The translations under genes and the position numbers were made by a program. From Eledone cirrhosa (Eukaryota), in contig OZ024747.1 in the NCBI GenBank assembly GCA_964016885.1, forward strand, positions 1,302,001 through 1,366,000: a stretch of DNA of 64,000 bases, in the 5' to 3' direction. Position 1 is the stretch's first letter, and each line of letters starts with the position of its first letter. The notes beneath the pieces are model-generated. The model was given only the letters and a program-made list of their open reading frames with translations. It was not told the DNA's origin and did not search any database. Positions 44,625 to 56,383 of the stretch are shown here, in pieces.

Positions 44625-45308
44625 GCATCATCATCATTTAACGTCCATCTTCCACGCTAGTTTGGGTTTGGACGGGAGTTTTCCCACTCAAGGCAAGATT
44701 GGTTGTCCTGCTAGTATAGGACTGTCTGGCGGGTTTTCTACAGCTGGATGCCCTTCCTAACACCAACCACGTTTACAGTGTGGACTGGGAGGTTTTTACC
44801 GTGTTACCTACACGGCCACATTACAGCGTGGACTGTGTGTTTTTTGTCGTGACACCTACACGACCTCATTTGTTTCGGACTGGATGTTGTGGTACCAACA
44901 TAACTTCACATTTAAGGGCGTGGTGTGGATGGGGTGGGGGTAGTGGGACGGGGGTGTATATTGTTAGAGGTGCCTACTGACTGTAGGTTTCGCTTTGTAC
45001 TTAGGCAAGGCGGGTCTTCTGTATAACTGTGTAGCGCCAAAGATCTCGGTCCAATGACTGTCTTGGAGAGGTGTAAGTGTGTGAGGTCGGAATTTATCAA
45101 GTCGTCCCAGGTTTTTCTGGGTCGCCTACTCCGTGGCTACCATCTATTTTTATCGCCCTGCACTTTTTTTATACAACTGTCGTCTTTCATGCACATCACG
45201 TGACCGTACCAACATAGTCTTCTCTCGAGTAAAGAACATCTGATCCCTCTTATTCCTAATTTCTCCCTTAGTTCATTTATGCTTTGCCGTTCACGTATAT
45301 TACTATTG
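44625..45308 (-). mobile_element. ~680-bp 3' copy of the young RTE LINE
   Basis: Colinear with 6797-7470. Confidence 0.9.
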
Positions 45309-45559
45309 ATAGAATTAATTGATAATTATTAATAATGTTATATCGTGCAATTGACATACTCGATAACGAGGGAGCAGCCATCATCATATATATATATATA
45401 TAAAGCATTATTTTTCTTTTGCCTACCATACTGACATGGGTTGGAGAGGTTGTTCCTGTCTGAGTTAAATTTTTTTTTCTGCATTACTGCTCTTCTAGAT
45501 GAGAGCAGCATCTTTCTCGTACATTCTAATTTTTGGCATGGTGTTTATGGCTGGATATC

Positions 45560-45990
45560 CTTCCCAATGCTTTTAGTTCTTAGCCCGGCTTGTTCCAGCA
45601 AGAAGAAGGGTTGTGGGGACAAAGTCCTCAAACACTCCTTCCAGCAGGTCCTGGCAGAAGCAACCATCTCCAACTGATCTAGCTGGATCCTCAAGCGACA
45701 TCAGTCAAGCTCATGGATGTTATCAAACCATCTTCTCGGGGTCTACCCTTGGGTTTCCAGCCAGTTGGTTTTTGCCCGGAAATCTCTCCAGTGATTCTTT
45801 CCTGAGACATTCTAACCATATGCCCATAGTATCAGAGCTGTGATCTCTCAATTTGGAGAAGTAGCAGCTCTACCCGAAGTGAATCTCTGATCTCTGAGCT
45901 ACACAATCTATCGATTAATGTTACTCCTAAGACTCTTCGGAGGAACCTCATTTTGGTCGCTTTTACCTGCAATTGTATTATTTCGGTCAT
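45560..45990 (-). mobile_element. Old RTE-type LINE 3' fragment
   Basis: KATKMRFLRRVLGVTLIDR..IERSQL*YYGHMVRM..KPKGRPRE. Confidence 0.75.
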
Positions 45991-46628
45991 TAGATTCCTA
46001 TATGTTCAAATACAGGTAAATACCAATTAATGCAGGTTAATACAAGTTACAGTTTGATATAAATCAATAGAAGCTAGTAAAAGTTAGTGGTATGTATCAG
46101 TTAATATCAGTTAGTACAGGTTAGTATCAACTAGTATATGTTTGTTAATACATATTAGTAGATAATTGTAAATTTAATCAGGGTTCAAGATATTAAAGGT
46201 TGTTTATAAAAATTGTTATCTCTATAATGTGTGTGTTTGTAGATAGGAGGCATGCTTCAATTTATTTCAATTAAACTAAATGGAAAATATGATAAAAACT
46301 GTAGGATGTAGGGATATAAATAAGGAAAAGAAGAAGAATGAAGCAACGAAAGAAATGGGGGAAGGGAGGGAGCAACTACAGTCTGAGCTGAACCTAACAA
46401 ATTAGTGATTTATGTTCTGAGACATGTTTTTAGAATTCTCACAAAAATTCAACACTTCATTGTACCCCAGATACACAAGTGATGCTGGATTATATATCAA
46501 TTGAAGATACAACACAGAAGAAACTCACACATGGCTTTGTAGAAACTGTGAAATAGATGAAATAACACAATATAGAGTTTCAGTAAACCTCTATTGAAAC
46601 ATTCTATTACATAATATTGTCTAAGATA

Positions 46629-47596
46629 AGGTACAATTGAAGTGAAGAGGTCCTCAGTGTGTGACAAAGGTACAATGGGAGTCAAGTGGTCCTCAGTGTG
46701 TGACAAAGGTACAATTGAAGTGAAGAGGTCCTCAGTGTGTGACAAAGGTACAATTGAAGTGAAGAGGTCCTCAGTGTGTGACAAAGGTACAATGGGAGTC
46801 AAGTGGTCCTCAGTGTGTGACAAAGGTACAATGGGAGTCAAGTGGTCCTCAGTGTGTGACAAAGGTACAATTGAAGTGAAGAGGTCCTCAGTGTGTGACA
46901 AAGGTACAATGGGAGTCAAGTGGTCCTCAGTGTGTGACAAAGGTACAATGGGAGTCAAGAGGTCCTCAGTGTATGACAAAGGTACAATTGAAGTGAAGAG
47001 GTCCTCAGTGTGTGACAAAGGTACAATGGGAGTCAAGAGGTCCTCAGTGTGTGACAAAGGTACAATGGGAGTCAAGTGGTCCTCAGTGTGTGACAAAGGT
47101 ACAATGGAAGTCAAGTGGTCCTCAGTGTGTGACAAAGGTACAATGGGAGTCAAGAGGTCCTCAGTGTGTGACAAAGGTACAATGGGAGTCAAGAGGTCCT
47201 CAGTGTATGACAAAGGTACAATTGAAGTGAAGAGGTCCTCAGTGTGTGACAAAGGTACAATGGGAGTCAAGAGGTCCTCAGTGTGTGACAAAGGTACAAT
47301 GGGAGTCAAGTGGTCCTCAGTGTGTGACAAAGGTACAATGGAAGTCAAGTGGTCCTCAGTGTGTGACAAAGGTACAATGGGAGTCAAGAGGTCCTCAGTG
47401 TGTGACAAAGGTACAATGGGAGTCAAGTGGTCCTCAGTGTGTGACAAAGGTACAATGGGAGTCAAGTGGTCCTCAGTGTGTGACAAAGGTGCAATGGGAG
47501 TCAAGAGGTCCTCAGTGTGTGACAAAGGTACAATTGAAGTGAAGAGGTCTTCAGTGTGTGACAAAGGTACAATTGAAGTGAAGAGGTCCTCAGTGT
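46629..47596. repeat. 39-bp minisatellite, 25 units
   Basis: Unit AAAGGTACAAT[GGGAGTC/TGAAGTG]AAG[T/A]GGTCCTCAGTGTGTGAC. Confidence 0.97.
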
Positions 47597-48047
47597 TGGT
47601 TGATTCTTGATACAGTTTCCTGTCTGCTGTTTTCTAGGGAACAGGTCTGAAAAAATAAGCTGGAAACATTTAGTTATGGTGTATACAACACACTGTGAAG
47701 GCACATGGCTTAGTGGTTAGAGCATTGGGCTTGCAATCGAAAGGTTGTGAGTTCAACTCTCAGACTGGGTGATGTGTGGTTTCCTTGAGCAAGACACTTT
47801 ATTTCACATTGCTCCAGTTTACTCAGCTGTAGAAATGAGATAATAGGACTGGGGTCCCTATCATTAAAACACCCAAGACACCTCCAATGAGATATACCTT
47901 GGAGGAGGCCAGCTAAACCTGCATAGGTGTGAGCTGTAACAACAAAAACAGCATACCACACACCCCAAAAAGAAACAAGCAAAAAAGTGAAAAAAACTGT
48001 GATACACACGGAATAATATGGTAAGACTGTGTTAATTTAAGTACCTA

Positions 48048-48193
48048 ATACTTGGGAAAGTAGAGTGTATATATATAGTGAAAGGTTAGTGCCCGACAGC
48101 TGAGCTCACACCCTTTCAAGAGTCAGTTGAAACAGCATAAGCTCAGCCATCGGGCACTAACTTTCCACTATATATACTCTACTTTCCCAAGTA
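48048..48193. mobile_element. MITE-like palindromic element (~145 bp)
   Basis: Inverted arms tacttgggaaagtagagt..tatatagtg.aa.gttagtgcccga / tcgggcactaactttccactatatatactctactttcccaagta with TA ends. Confidence 0.7.
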
Positions 48194-48201
48194 TATATAT
48201 A

Positions 48202-48900
48202 TCATCATCATCATCATTGTTTAACATCCATCTTCCACGCTTGCATGGGTTTGGACGGGAGTTTTCCCACTCGAGGCAAGATTGGTTGTCCTGCTCGTAT
48301 AGGACTGTCTGGCGGGTTTTCTACGGCTGGATGCCCTTCCTAACACCAACCACGTTTACAGTGTGGACTGGGAGGTTTGTACCGTGTTACCTACACGGCC
48401 ACATTACAGCGTGGACTGTGTGTTTTTTTGTCGTGACACCTACACGCCCTCATTTGTTTCGGACTGGATGCTGTGGTACCAGCATAACATTACATTGGAA
48501 GGGGTGGTGTGGATGGGGTGGGGGTAATGGGACAGGAGTGTATTTTTGTTAGCGGTGCCTACTGACTGTAAGTTTCACTTTGTACTTAGGCAAGGCGGGT
48601 CTTCTGTATTACTGTGTAGCGCCAAAGATCTCGGTCCAGTGACATTGGCTTGGAGAGGTGTAAGTGTGTGAGGTCGGAATTTATCAAGTCGTCCCAGGTT
48701 TTTCTGGGTTTGCCTACTCCGTGGCTACCGTCTATTTTTATCACCCTGCACTTTTTTATACAGCTGTCGTCTTTCATGCGCATCACGTGACCGTACCAAC
48801 GTAGTCTTCTCTCGAATAAACAGCATCTGATCCCTCTTATTCCTAATTTCTCCCTTAGTTCGTTTATGCTTTGCCGTTCACATATATTACTATTACACTT
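48202..48900 (-). mobile_element. ~700-bp 3' copy of the young RTE LINE
   Basis: CNSNICERQSINELREKLGIRGIRCC..KTRLA* plus 3' UTR and (CAT)n. Confidence 0.92.
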
Positions 48901-49234
48901 CGTTCCATACATATATATATATATGTATGTATCTATGTATATATGTATATATATACACACACGTGTGTATATGTGTGTTTGTGTTTGTTTGAAGCATAAA
49001 AATAAGTATGATTGTTTATAATTTAAAGAATGTAAAGTACAATGATTCTATTACACTGATCACATGACATTGATCACATGACATTGGTCACATGACTGTT
49101 GATCACATGACTGTCATTTACCACTATCAAGAGGATTTTCTCAGAATTCCTGACAAGGAATTTCAGTCTGCATTGACAGATAAAATTTAGTGTATCTCTT
49201 TTCTGTAAAGTGGTTGTGTAGGTGTCACAACAAG

Positions 49235-50410
49235 GTGGCAGTGGTGGTGGTAGTAGTGGTGGCGGTAGTAGTGGTGGTGGTGGTAGTGGTGGTGGTTGTG
49301 GTAGTGGTGGGGGTAGCAGTGGTGGTGGTGGTAGTGGTGGTGGTTGTGGTAGTGGTGGTGATAGTAGTGGTGGTGGTGGTGGTAGTAATGGTGGTGGTAG
49401 TAGTGGTGGTGGTAGTGGTGGTGGTTGTAGTAGTGGTGGTGGTAGTAGTGGTGGTGGTGGTAGTGGTGGTGGTTGTAGTAGTGGTAGTGGTAGTAGTGGT
49501 GGTGGTGGTTGTGGTGGTGGTGGTGGTGGTGGTAGTGGTGGTGGTTGTAGTAGTGGTGGTGGTAGTAGTGGTGGTGGTTGTGGTAGTAGTGGTGGAGGTA
49601 GTAGTAGTGGTGGTGGTGGTAGTGGTGGTGGTTGTAGTAATGGTGGTGGTAGTAGTGGTGGTGGTAGTAGTGGTGGTGGTGGTAGTGGTGGTGGTTGTAG
49701 TAGTGGTGGTGGTAGTAGTGGTGGTGGTTGTGGTAGTAGTGGTGGTGGTAGTAGTGGTGGTGGTGGTAGTGGTGGTGGTTGTAGTAGTGGTGGTGGTAGT
49801 AGGGGTAGTAGGGGTGGCAGTGGTGGTGGTAGTAGAGGTAGTGGTGGCAGTGGTGGTGGTAGTAGTGGTGGTGGTAGTTGTGGCGGTAGTGGTGGTTGTG
49901 GTAGTGGTGGTTGTGGTAGTAGAGGTAGTGGTGGCAGTGGTGGCAGTGGTAGTAGTGGTAGTGGTAGTTGTGGCGGTAGTGGTGGTTGTGGTAGTGGTGG
50001 TTGTGGTGGTAGTAGAGGTAGTGGTAGTAGTAGTGGTAGTGGTGGTTGCTGTGGTAGTGGTGGTTCTGGCAGTGGTGGTTGTGGTGGTAGTGGTGGTTGT
50101 GGTGGTTGTGGTAGTAGAGGTAGTGGTGGCAGTGGTAATGGTGGTAGTAGTGGTTGTGGTGGTAGTGGTCGTTGTGGTAGTGGTGGTTGTGGTGGTTGTG
50201 GTAGTAGAGGTAGTGGTGGCAGTGGTAATGGTGGTAGTAGTGGTAGTGGTGGTAGTGGCAGTGGTGGTTGTGGTGGTAGTGGTGGTTGTGGTAGTAGAGG
50301 TAGTGGTGGCAGTGGTAATGGTGGTAGTAGTGGTAGTACTGGTGGTTGTGGTAGTAGAGGTAGTGGTGGCAGTGGTAATGGTGGTAGTAGTGGTAGTGGT
50401 GGTTGTGGCA
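49235..50410. repeat. Degenerate (GGT/AGT/TGT)n trinucleotide array
   Basis: Almost all triplets are NGT, with local higher-order duplications. Confidence 0.95.
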
Positions 50411-50709
50411 TTATGCACATACACATATCAGACAGTAGATTAACCAAACTTTAGATATCAATAAAGAAATAAACCCCCCCCCCCCCCATCTCCACACACG
50501 CACACATATATTTGTGTGTGTGTGTGTGGGTGGGTATGTATGCATAATAGTAAGAAACTCTGAGGGGAGCTGGGCTGTAGAAAGGTCTTCAGAAAAGAGA
50601 CCCGTCCTCAAGCTAGTGTTTCGGCCCTTTATTCTTGTGATATCAAGGCTAACCATGGTAAAATAAGGCACTCAATACATTAGCAGAGGAAAAAACTAAA
50701 TTTATTATA

Positions 50710-50760
50710 GAAATGGCTTCCTGATGATTGAAACAGTTCTACTCTTGTAGAAGCCATTTC
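50710..50760 (+). ncRNA. Type I hammerhead-ribozyme-like motif lacking stem II
   Basis: GAAATGGCTTC-CTGATGA-TT-GAAA-CAG..TTG-TA-GAAGCCATTTC: perfect 11-bp stem I, both core boxes and a GUA cleavage triplet. Activity unknown. Confidence 0.5.
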
Positions 50761-50811
50761 CATATTAAATTATACATATTATACATATTATATATATATA
50801 TATATATATTT

Positions 50812-51490
50812 AGTGAGAAATTAGGAATAAGAGGGATCAGATGCTGTTTACTCGAGAGAAGACTACGTTGGTATGGCTACGTGATGCGCATGAAATACGA
50901 CAGCTGTATAAAAAAGTGCAGGGCGATCAAAATTGATGGTAGTTACGGAGTAGGCAGACCCAGAAAAACCTGGGACGATCTGATAAATTCCGACCTTACA
51001 CACGTGCACCTCTCTAAGACAATGTCACTGGACCGAGATCTTTGGCACTACGCAGTAATACAGAAGACCCGCCTTGCCTATGTACAAAGCGAAACCTACA
51101 GTCAGTAGGGACCTCTTAACCAAATATACACCCCAATCCACTACCCCTACCCTATCCTCCCACCAACACCACCCCCTCTCTATAAAGTTGGTACCACAAC
51201 ATCCAGTCCAAATAAATGAGATCGAGATCGAGATCGTGTAGGTGTCACGAGAAAAAACACACAGTCCCCGCTGTAATGTGGCCATGTAGGTAACACGGTA
51301 AAAAGTTCCCAGTTCCACACTGTAAATGTGGCTGGTGTTAGGAAGGGCATCCAGCCGCAGAAAACCTGCCAGATAGTCCTATATGAGCGAGACATGGTCA
51401 CCCGACCAACCTTCCCTCAAGTGGGACAACTCCCGTCTAAACCATGCTAGCGTGGAAAATGGACGTTAAACGAAGATGATGATGATGATA
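50812..51490 (+). mobile_element. ~680-bp 3' copy of the RTE LINE (opposite orientation), followed tail-to-tail by a related 3' end at 51512-51675 (-)
   Basis: EKLGIRGIRCCLLERRLRWYG..GRPRKTW; ends gacgttaaacgaagatgatgatgat. Confidence 0.9.
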
Positions 51491-51743
51491 TATATATATA
51501 CATATATATATATCATCATCGTTTAACGTCCATCTTCCACACCTATCATGGATTGGACGAGATTGTCCCACTTGAGGCAAGATTGGTCAGGTGACCATGT
51601 CACACTCGTATAGAGCTGTATCTGGCAGGTGTTCTATGACTGGATGCCCTTCCTAAGACCAGCCACATTTACAGTGTATATATATATATATGAGATATGA
51701 GAGAGAGCGAGAGAGATTGAGAGTGAGAGAGTGAGAGAGATAG

Positions 51744-51777
<34 letters not shown>

Positions 51778-51795
51778 TGAGAGAGTAAGAGAGTA

Positions 51796-51833
<38 letters not shown>

Positions 51834-52329
51834 TCAGACCAACACACAGATAGATAGTTAGACAGTAAATATTATTCAATAGTGAGTATGAAAAGGTCCT
51901 CATTAAAAATCACAACAAAATATTATGTAGAAACATTTCTCCAGTAGGTGGCAGGTATGGTTCTGTTGTTGATGAGAAGATTTTCTAATTTGTTCTCTCA
52001 AATCTTCAATACTTGATGTTCCGGTAGGTCAGCTTGTATATATATATATGTGTGTGTGTATATATGTGTGTGTAAAAATGGAGTGATAAGTTTAACGTTA
52101 GGGGGTGTTGATTCCATTGTGTAGGTTGTATAGTAAAGTTAGTGGAATGTGGGTGGGTTGGGAGGGAGAGGAGGCGGGATTGGAGAGATCAAATGGTAAC
52201 TCCAGTAATGTGAATATGGTGGATGGTGGGTGAGAGTTAGAGATGGAGAATTAAGCAGGAGATATTGAGTGAGGGACCTCCCAGCCTCCACAATCTTAAT
52301 ACTCCTTTCATCATCCTTACATAAGTCTC

Positions 52330-52720
52330 CTTTAGTACTATGTACCATTAATCTTCACCGTCTTTTGTCATCTTCTTCATTAGGTTTAGCTTCTTGAGAT
52401 CAATCTTCACCAATTCATTCCAAGTTTTACTAGGTTTTCTTCATCTTCTTCAAGTTCTATCCAATACCAGTACCCAGCTCTCACCCTACCCAACACTTTA
52501 AACAGCTCTCACCCTACCCAACACTTTAATCAGCCCTCACCTATCCAGCACTTTAATCAACTCTCACCCTTCAAATGCATCACATGTCTAAACTAGTACA
52601 TTCTTCTCTCTTAAACATTACATTTGATTTCTCTTGTGGACAGTTTTGGTCTCAGTCTATTTGTCCTTCTTCGTTCATGTACATTAATATTAAATATTCA
52701 CTGGAGCTCACTTCTTTGCA
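52330..52720 (-). mobile_element. Very old RTE remnant interrupted by a short tandem repeat
   Basis: Remnants RKPSKTWNELVKIDLKKL and FRHVMHL. Confidence 0.55.
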
Positions 52721-53464
52721 GCTCCTCTACACTCACGGCCTTACTACCACACCGAATTGTATAGTGTACGCAGGTATCACATGACATGCCCTTTACTCTG
52801 AGAGAAAATCTTTGTTGTCAGTTGAGGTGACAACTCCCTTCTTTCTATACACACACACACATAAAGGCACATACAAACACACACATACATAAAGGCACAC
52901 ACAAATATGCACAGAGTGATACACCTGTGTGAGTTGCACTCATATTAAGGACATTGTAGTCTGACGTAATGTGACCACACCCAAGCAACAACAACAACAA
53001 TAACAACAACAACAATAACAACAATAACAACAATAACAACAACAACAACAACAGCTGTAACAAATGTTATCATTTTTCCTTGCTGAAGTAGGAGATAGTC
53101 ATGCAGGGGAATAGGCGTGTGATAGACTTTATAATTACCACCACTACCAACAACAACAACAACAACGACACCACCACCACTACCAACAACAACAACAACA
53201 ACAACGACACCACCACCACCAACAACAATACCACCACCAACAACAACGACAACACCACCATCATAGTAGTGGTGGTAGTGATGGTGGTGGTAGTGGTGGT
53301 GGTAGTAGTGTTAGTGGTAGTGGTTGTGGTAGTGGTAGTGGTTGTAGTGACAGAAGTAGTAGAGGTGGTAGTACCTACACTAAAAGTATGAAAGGTAAAA
53401 CAACGCTGATAAGCTGGAACGAATACCGTAGAGTCTTGTAAGTATGAGGTACTTTTCTTTATAT

Positions 53465-53533
53465 TACACCGCTTCCGGTCACCATTTGCTATCACCACGT
53501 GTGTAGAAGAAAGTTAAATAACAGCCTACCAAT
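53465..53533 (+). promoter_or_regulatory. Probable MAK16 promoter/5' UTR with ETS-type CTTCCGG and Myc-type E-box CACGTG
   Basis: CTTCCGG at 53472-53478 and CACGTG at 53496-53501, immediately upstream of the ATG at 53534; such motifs are typical of ribosome-biogenesis housekeeping promoters. Confidence 0.5.
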
Positions 53534-53548
53534 ATGCAACACGATGAG
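53534..53548 (+). CDS. MAK16: MAK16 coding exon 1 (MQHDE)
   Basis: ATG CAA CAC GAT GAG|gttagt; matches the MAK16 N-terminus MQxD(D/E)VIW and joins exon 2 in phase 0. Confidence 0.85.
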
Positions 53549-53557
53549 GTTAGTATT

Positions 53558-53618
<61 letters not shown>

Positions 53619-54717
53619 AAAAGCGAAAAGAATGTAATTGGTGCAGATATAGACATTAGTGGGATATGGCTGACAGAAAGTGAATATCGACATTTAAATG
53701 AACGTAAATGCTAGGTGACTGTACTGTATGTGATGGTTGTGGATCTGAGTGAAATAGCAAGAGATGTTTATACCTGTGACACCATTGTACATGATCACAA
53801 CTTTATAGACATACAACGATCCCAATATTCATACACAAAATATTTAAAATACATTGCAATGAGTAAAGAAAAAGTTGATGTTACTGTCCACCATATCGGT
53901 CTTCAGTCTATACCAAACTGCAATCTAAACTATTATATTAATATTTTGTTCATATTACTGTTAGATGTTTTACATACCAATAATTACAATAGATCTAGTC
54001 AAGCTGTAGACAACTGGAGATGAAACTAATCACAGGAAAACTCCAACAAATATTTTTTAGTTTCTCTCATAGTTTTACGTAAGATATTGAATACCTTATT
54101 TTTTGTCCATAAATGTATAATGTCATTATGTAAATTGTGTTCAAAATATGTATTGTCAATTCATTGACTTTAATGATTAGTTTAATTATTTTGACGAATA
54201 TTTATATTATTTAAAGTGATTTTCTGTGATGTTTCCTCCGTGTCTTTACATTCTCAGGTAAAACTTCTTATGAGATCGTAAATAATAAATTATGTATTTA
54301 GATATTTTAGTATTACAGAGTATGGTATGTATATTGTATTTACGATGATAAGTCCAGACGTCTCTTCATAAAATTGTCCCAGCGATCACTTACATCCAAC
54401 TGGTAGTCGCTTTAAATATTGCTGATAAAGTGTGATCAATGTTAAAGACTATTACAATAGTATTATCACAAAGCGAGTAATATGATGAATGTTTGATTTG
54501 TGAGATAAATCTCAAGAATATTTAGTATCCATGTACCAGGACAAAACAACGAACGAAAAACAATTTTTTAAGGGGAAAACTTAAAACATTAAAAAAAGTA
54601 GAATTACAAATGAAGGACACAGAACTCCAGGGTCATCGGTCGTTGGGGTGGACTCTGGTAGTTTCAATCCCTACCAACGTACTGCTGGTCCACCTGGGGA
54701 CGGTCATATATATATTG

Positions 54718-54890
54718 AATTGGCAGTATCGGTAGAGGGTTGGACGCCATGCTTTCTAGCATAGTTACATCCCTTTACGGTTTGAGTTCAAATCCCGCCG
54801 AGGTTAACTTTCCCTTTCATCCTTACGGGGTCGATAAAATAAAGTACCAGTAATGTACTGGGTAATTGCTGGCTTTGTGTAGAAACAATT
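54718..54890 (+). mobile_element. Full-length OK-SINE-like copy in MAK16 intron 1 (degenerate copy also at ~56660-56820, -)
   Basis: ttggcagtatcggtagagg..gagttcaaatcccgccgaggttaac..agaaacaattat. Confidence 0.85.
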
Positions 54891-54960
54891 ATATATATAT
54901 AAAAGTTATTTATATCTAATATTTAGGTATTTCAATGAATGGATAAAATTATCATTTCAG

Positions 54961-55007
54961 GTTATCTGGAGTATTATCAACAATACGTTCTGCTCTTTCA
55001 AGACAAA
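54961..55007 (+). CDS. MAK16: MAK16 coding exon 2 (VIWSIINNTFCSFKT K)
   Basis: tttcag| ... AA|gtaagt; conserved VIW..FCSFK. Confidence 0.93.
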
Positions 55008-55029
55008 GTAAGTTAATATTTCTTTGTAT

Positions 55030-55245
55030 ATCATTGGTGGTGGTGGTAATCATTGTGTGTTGATCATCAACTAGTGGTTGTAGTGGTGGTAATGATTGTG
55101 TGTTGATCATCAACTGGTGGTGTTGGTGGTTGTAATGGTGGTAATGATTGTGTGTTGACCATCAACTGGTGGTGTTGGTGGTTGTAGTGGTGGTAATGAT
55201 TGTGTGTTGACCATCAACTGATGGTGTTGGTAGTTGTAGTGTTAA
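55030..55245. repeat. ~51-bp minisatellite, ~4 copies (intron 2)
   Basis: ggtggtaatgattgtgtgttga[t/c]catcaactggtggtgttggtggttgta repeated. Confidence 0.8.
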
Positions 55246-55614
55246 TGTGAACCTATGGTTGAACACCACACACCTCCTTTATTTACAAACTGGATCCTTT
55301 TATAGAGTTCTGTAATCTCATTTTAAAAAACTGCTCACTTCAAGAATTTATTTTAACCTTTTCATTACCATATTTTGAATGAAAGACACTGCCTAGGAGT
55401 TTCAAATATTTTTGAAAATATTCAAGTATTTGGAAGGATTTATTTATATCACTAACTTGCATTTAAACTGGCATTTGGAGTATAACTTAAAAGTTTTTAC
55501 ATAAACTCAGAAGGTCTTTAGATAAATACAAACAGTTTTGTAACATAGAACCAAGGGAGGTTTTGGGCAGTTTGATATCAAAAGGGTTAAATGTATTTCT
55601 CTTCTCTTTATCAG

Positions 55615-55724
55615 GACCCAAACCCAAACACTTTGTAGAAATGAATTTAACCTAACAGGATTGTGTGGCAGGTATTCCTGTCCCTTAGCCAACAGCCAAT
55701 ATGCTACAGTCAGAGAAGAGAAAG
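55615..55724 (+). CDS. MAK16: MAK16 coding exon 3
   Basis: atcag| [37 protein letters not shown]|gtaagt; hallmark MAK16 motif CRNE..TGLC...SCPLANS.YAT. Confidence 0.96.
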
Positions 55725-55849
55725 GTAAGTGTTAAACTGTTTTATACTGTACATGTCATAAAACGAGTTATTGCAATATGAAATATGAAGTAAAGAAATT
55801 GTACAATATGGAAAGAAAGGGAATCGAGCAACAAAAGAGGGGGGCAACA

Positions 55850-56170
55850 TCCCCCACACCAGTGTTTCAGCTGTACCCAACTGTTGTCATTTCCCCCACA
55901 CTTCAGTCTCCTCACCACTCTTTCAGCTGTACTCCACTGTTGTCATTTCTCCCACACCTCAGTCTTCTCACCACTATTTCAGCTGTACCCACTATTGTCA
56001 TTTCCCCCACACCTCAGTCTCCTCACCAGTGTTTCAGCTGTACCCCACTGTTGTCATTTCCCCCATACCTCAGTCTTCTCACCACTATTTCAGCTGTACC
56101 CACTGTTGTCATTTCCCCCACACCTCAATCTCCTGACCACTGTTTCAACTGTACCCCACTGTTGTCATTT
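55850..56170. repeat. ~58-bp minisatellite, ~5.5 copies (intron 3)
   Basis: ccccacacctcagtct..tcacca....tttcagctgtaccc.actgttgtcattt repeated. Confidence 0.88.
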
Positions 56171-56383
56171 TAGAATGTTTTTAACATTTACTGTTATTTA
56201 ATGAAGCTGACATGCCTTCAACCATGACATAATCTCTCTTTACACATCACTGCTTCCTCTCTCTCTCATTTTGAACCTGTATATTTGGTGTTTAGATCCT
56301 TGCTGGATAAACAAACATCATTTCATGTTTGTTCTCCCTACTAGCAATACTGAGTGGCATATATATGGTGATTGTATTTATAG

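Noticed and set aside
49074-50454. Gly/Ser/Cys-rich (keratin-like), poly-Pro, poly-Thr and poly-Val ORFs
   Set aside because: All derive from one (NGT)n trinucleotide array open in several frames, with no codon diversification, signal peptide or proper start.
52845-53498. Poly-L, poly-T and poly-V ORFs upstream of MAK16
   Set aside because: (AAC/ACC/GGT)n microsatellite translations.
55778-56201. Repetitive ORFs in MAK16 intron 3
   Set aside because: Translation of a 58-59 bp minisatellite whose frame shifts between units; exons 3 and 4 join without it.
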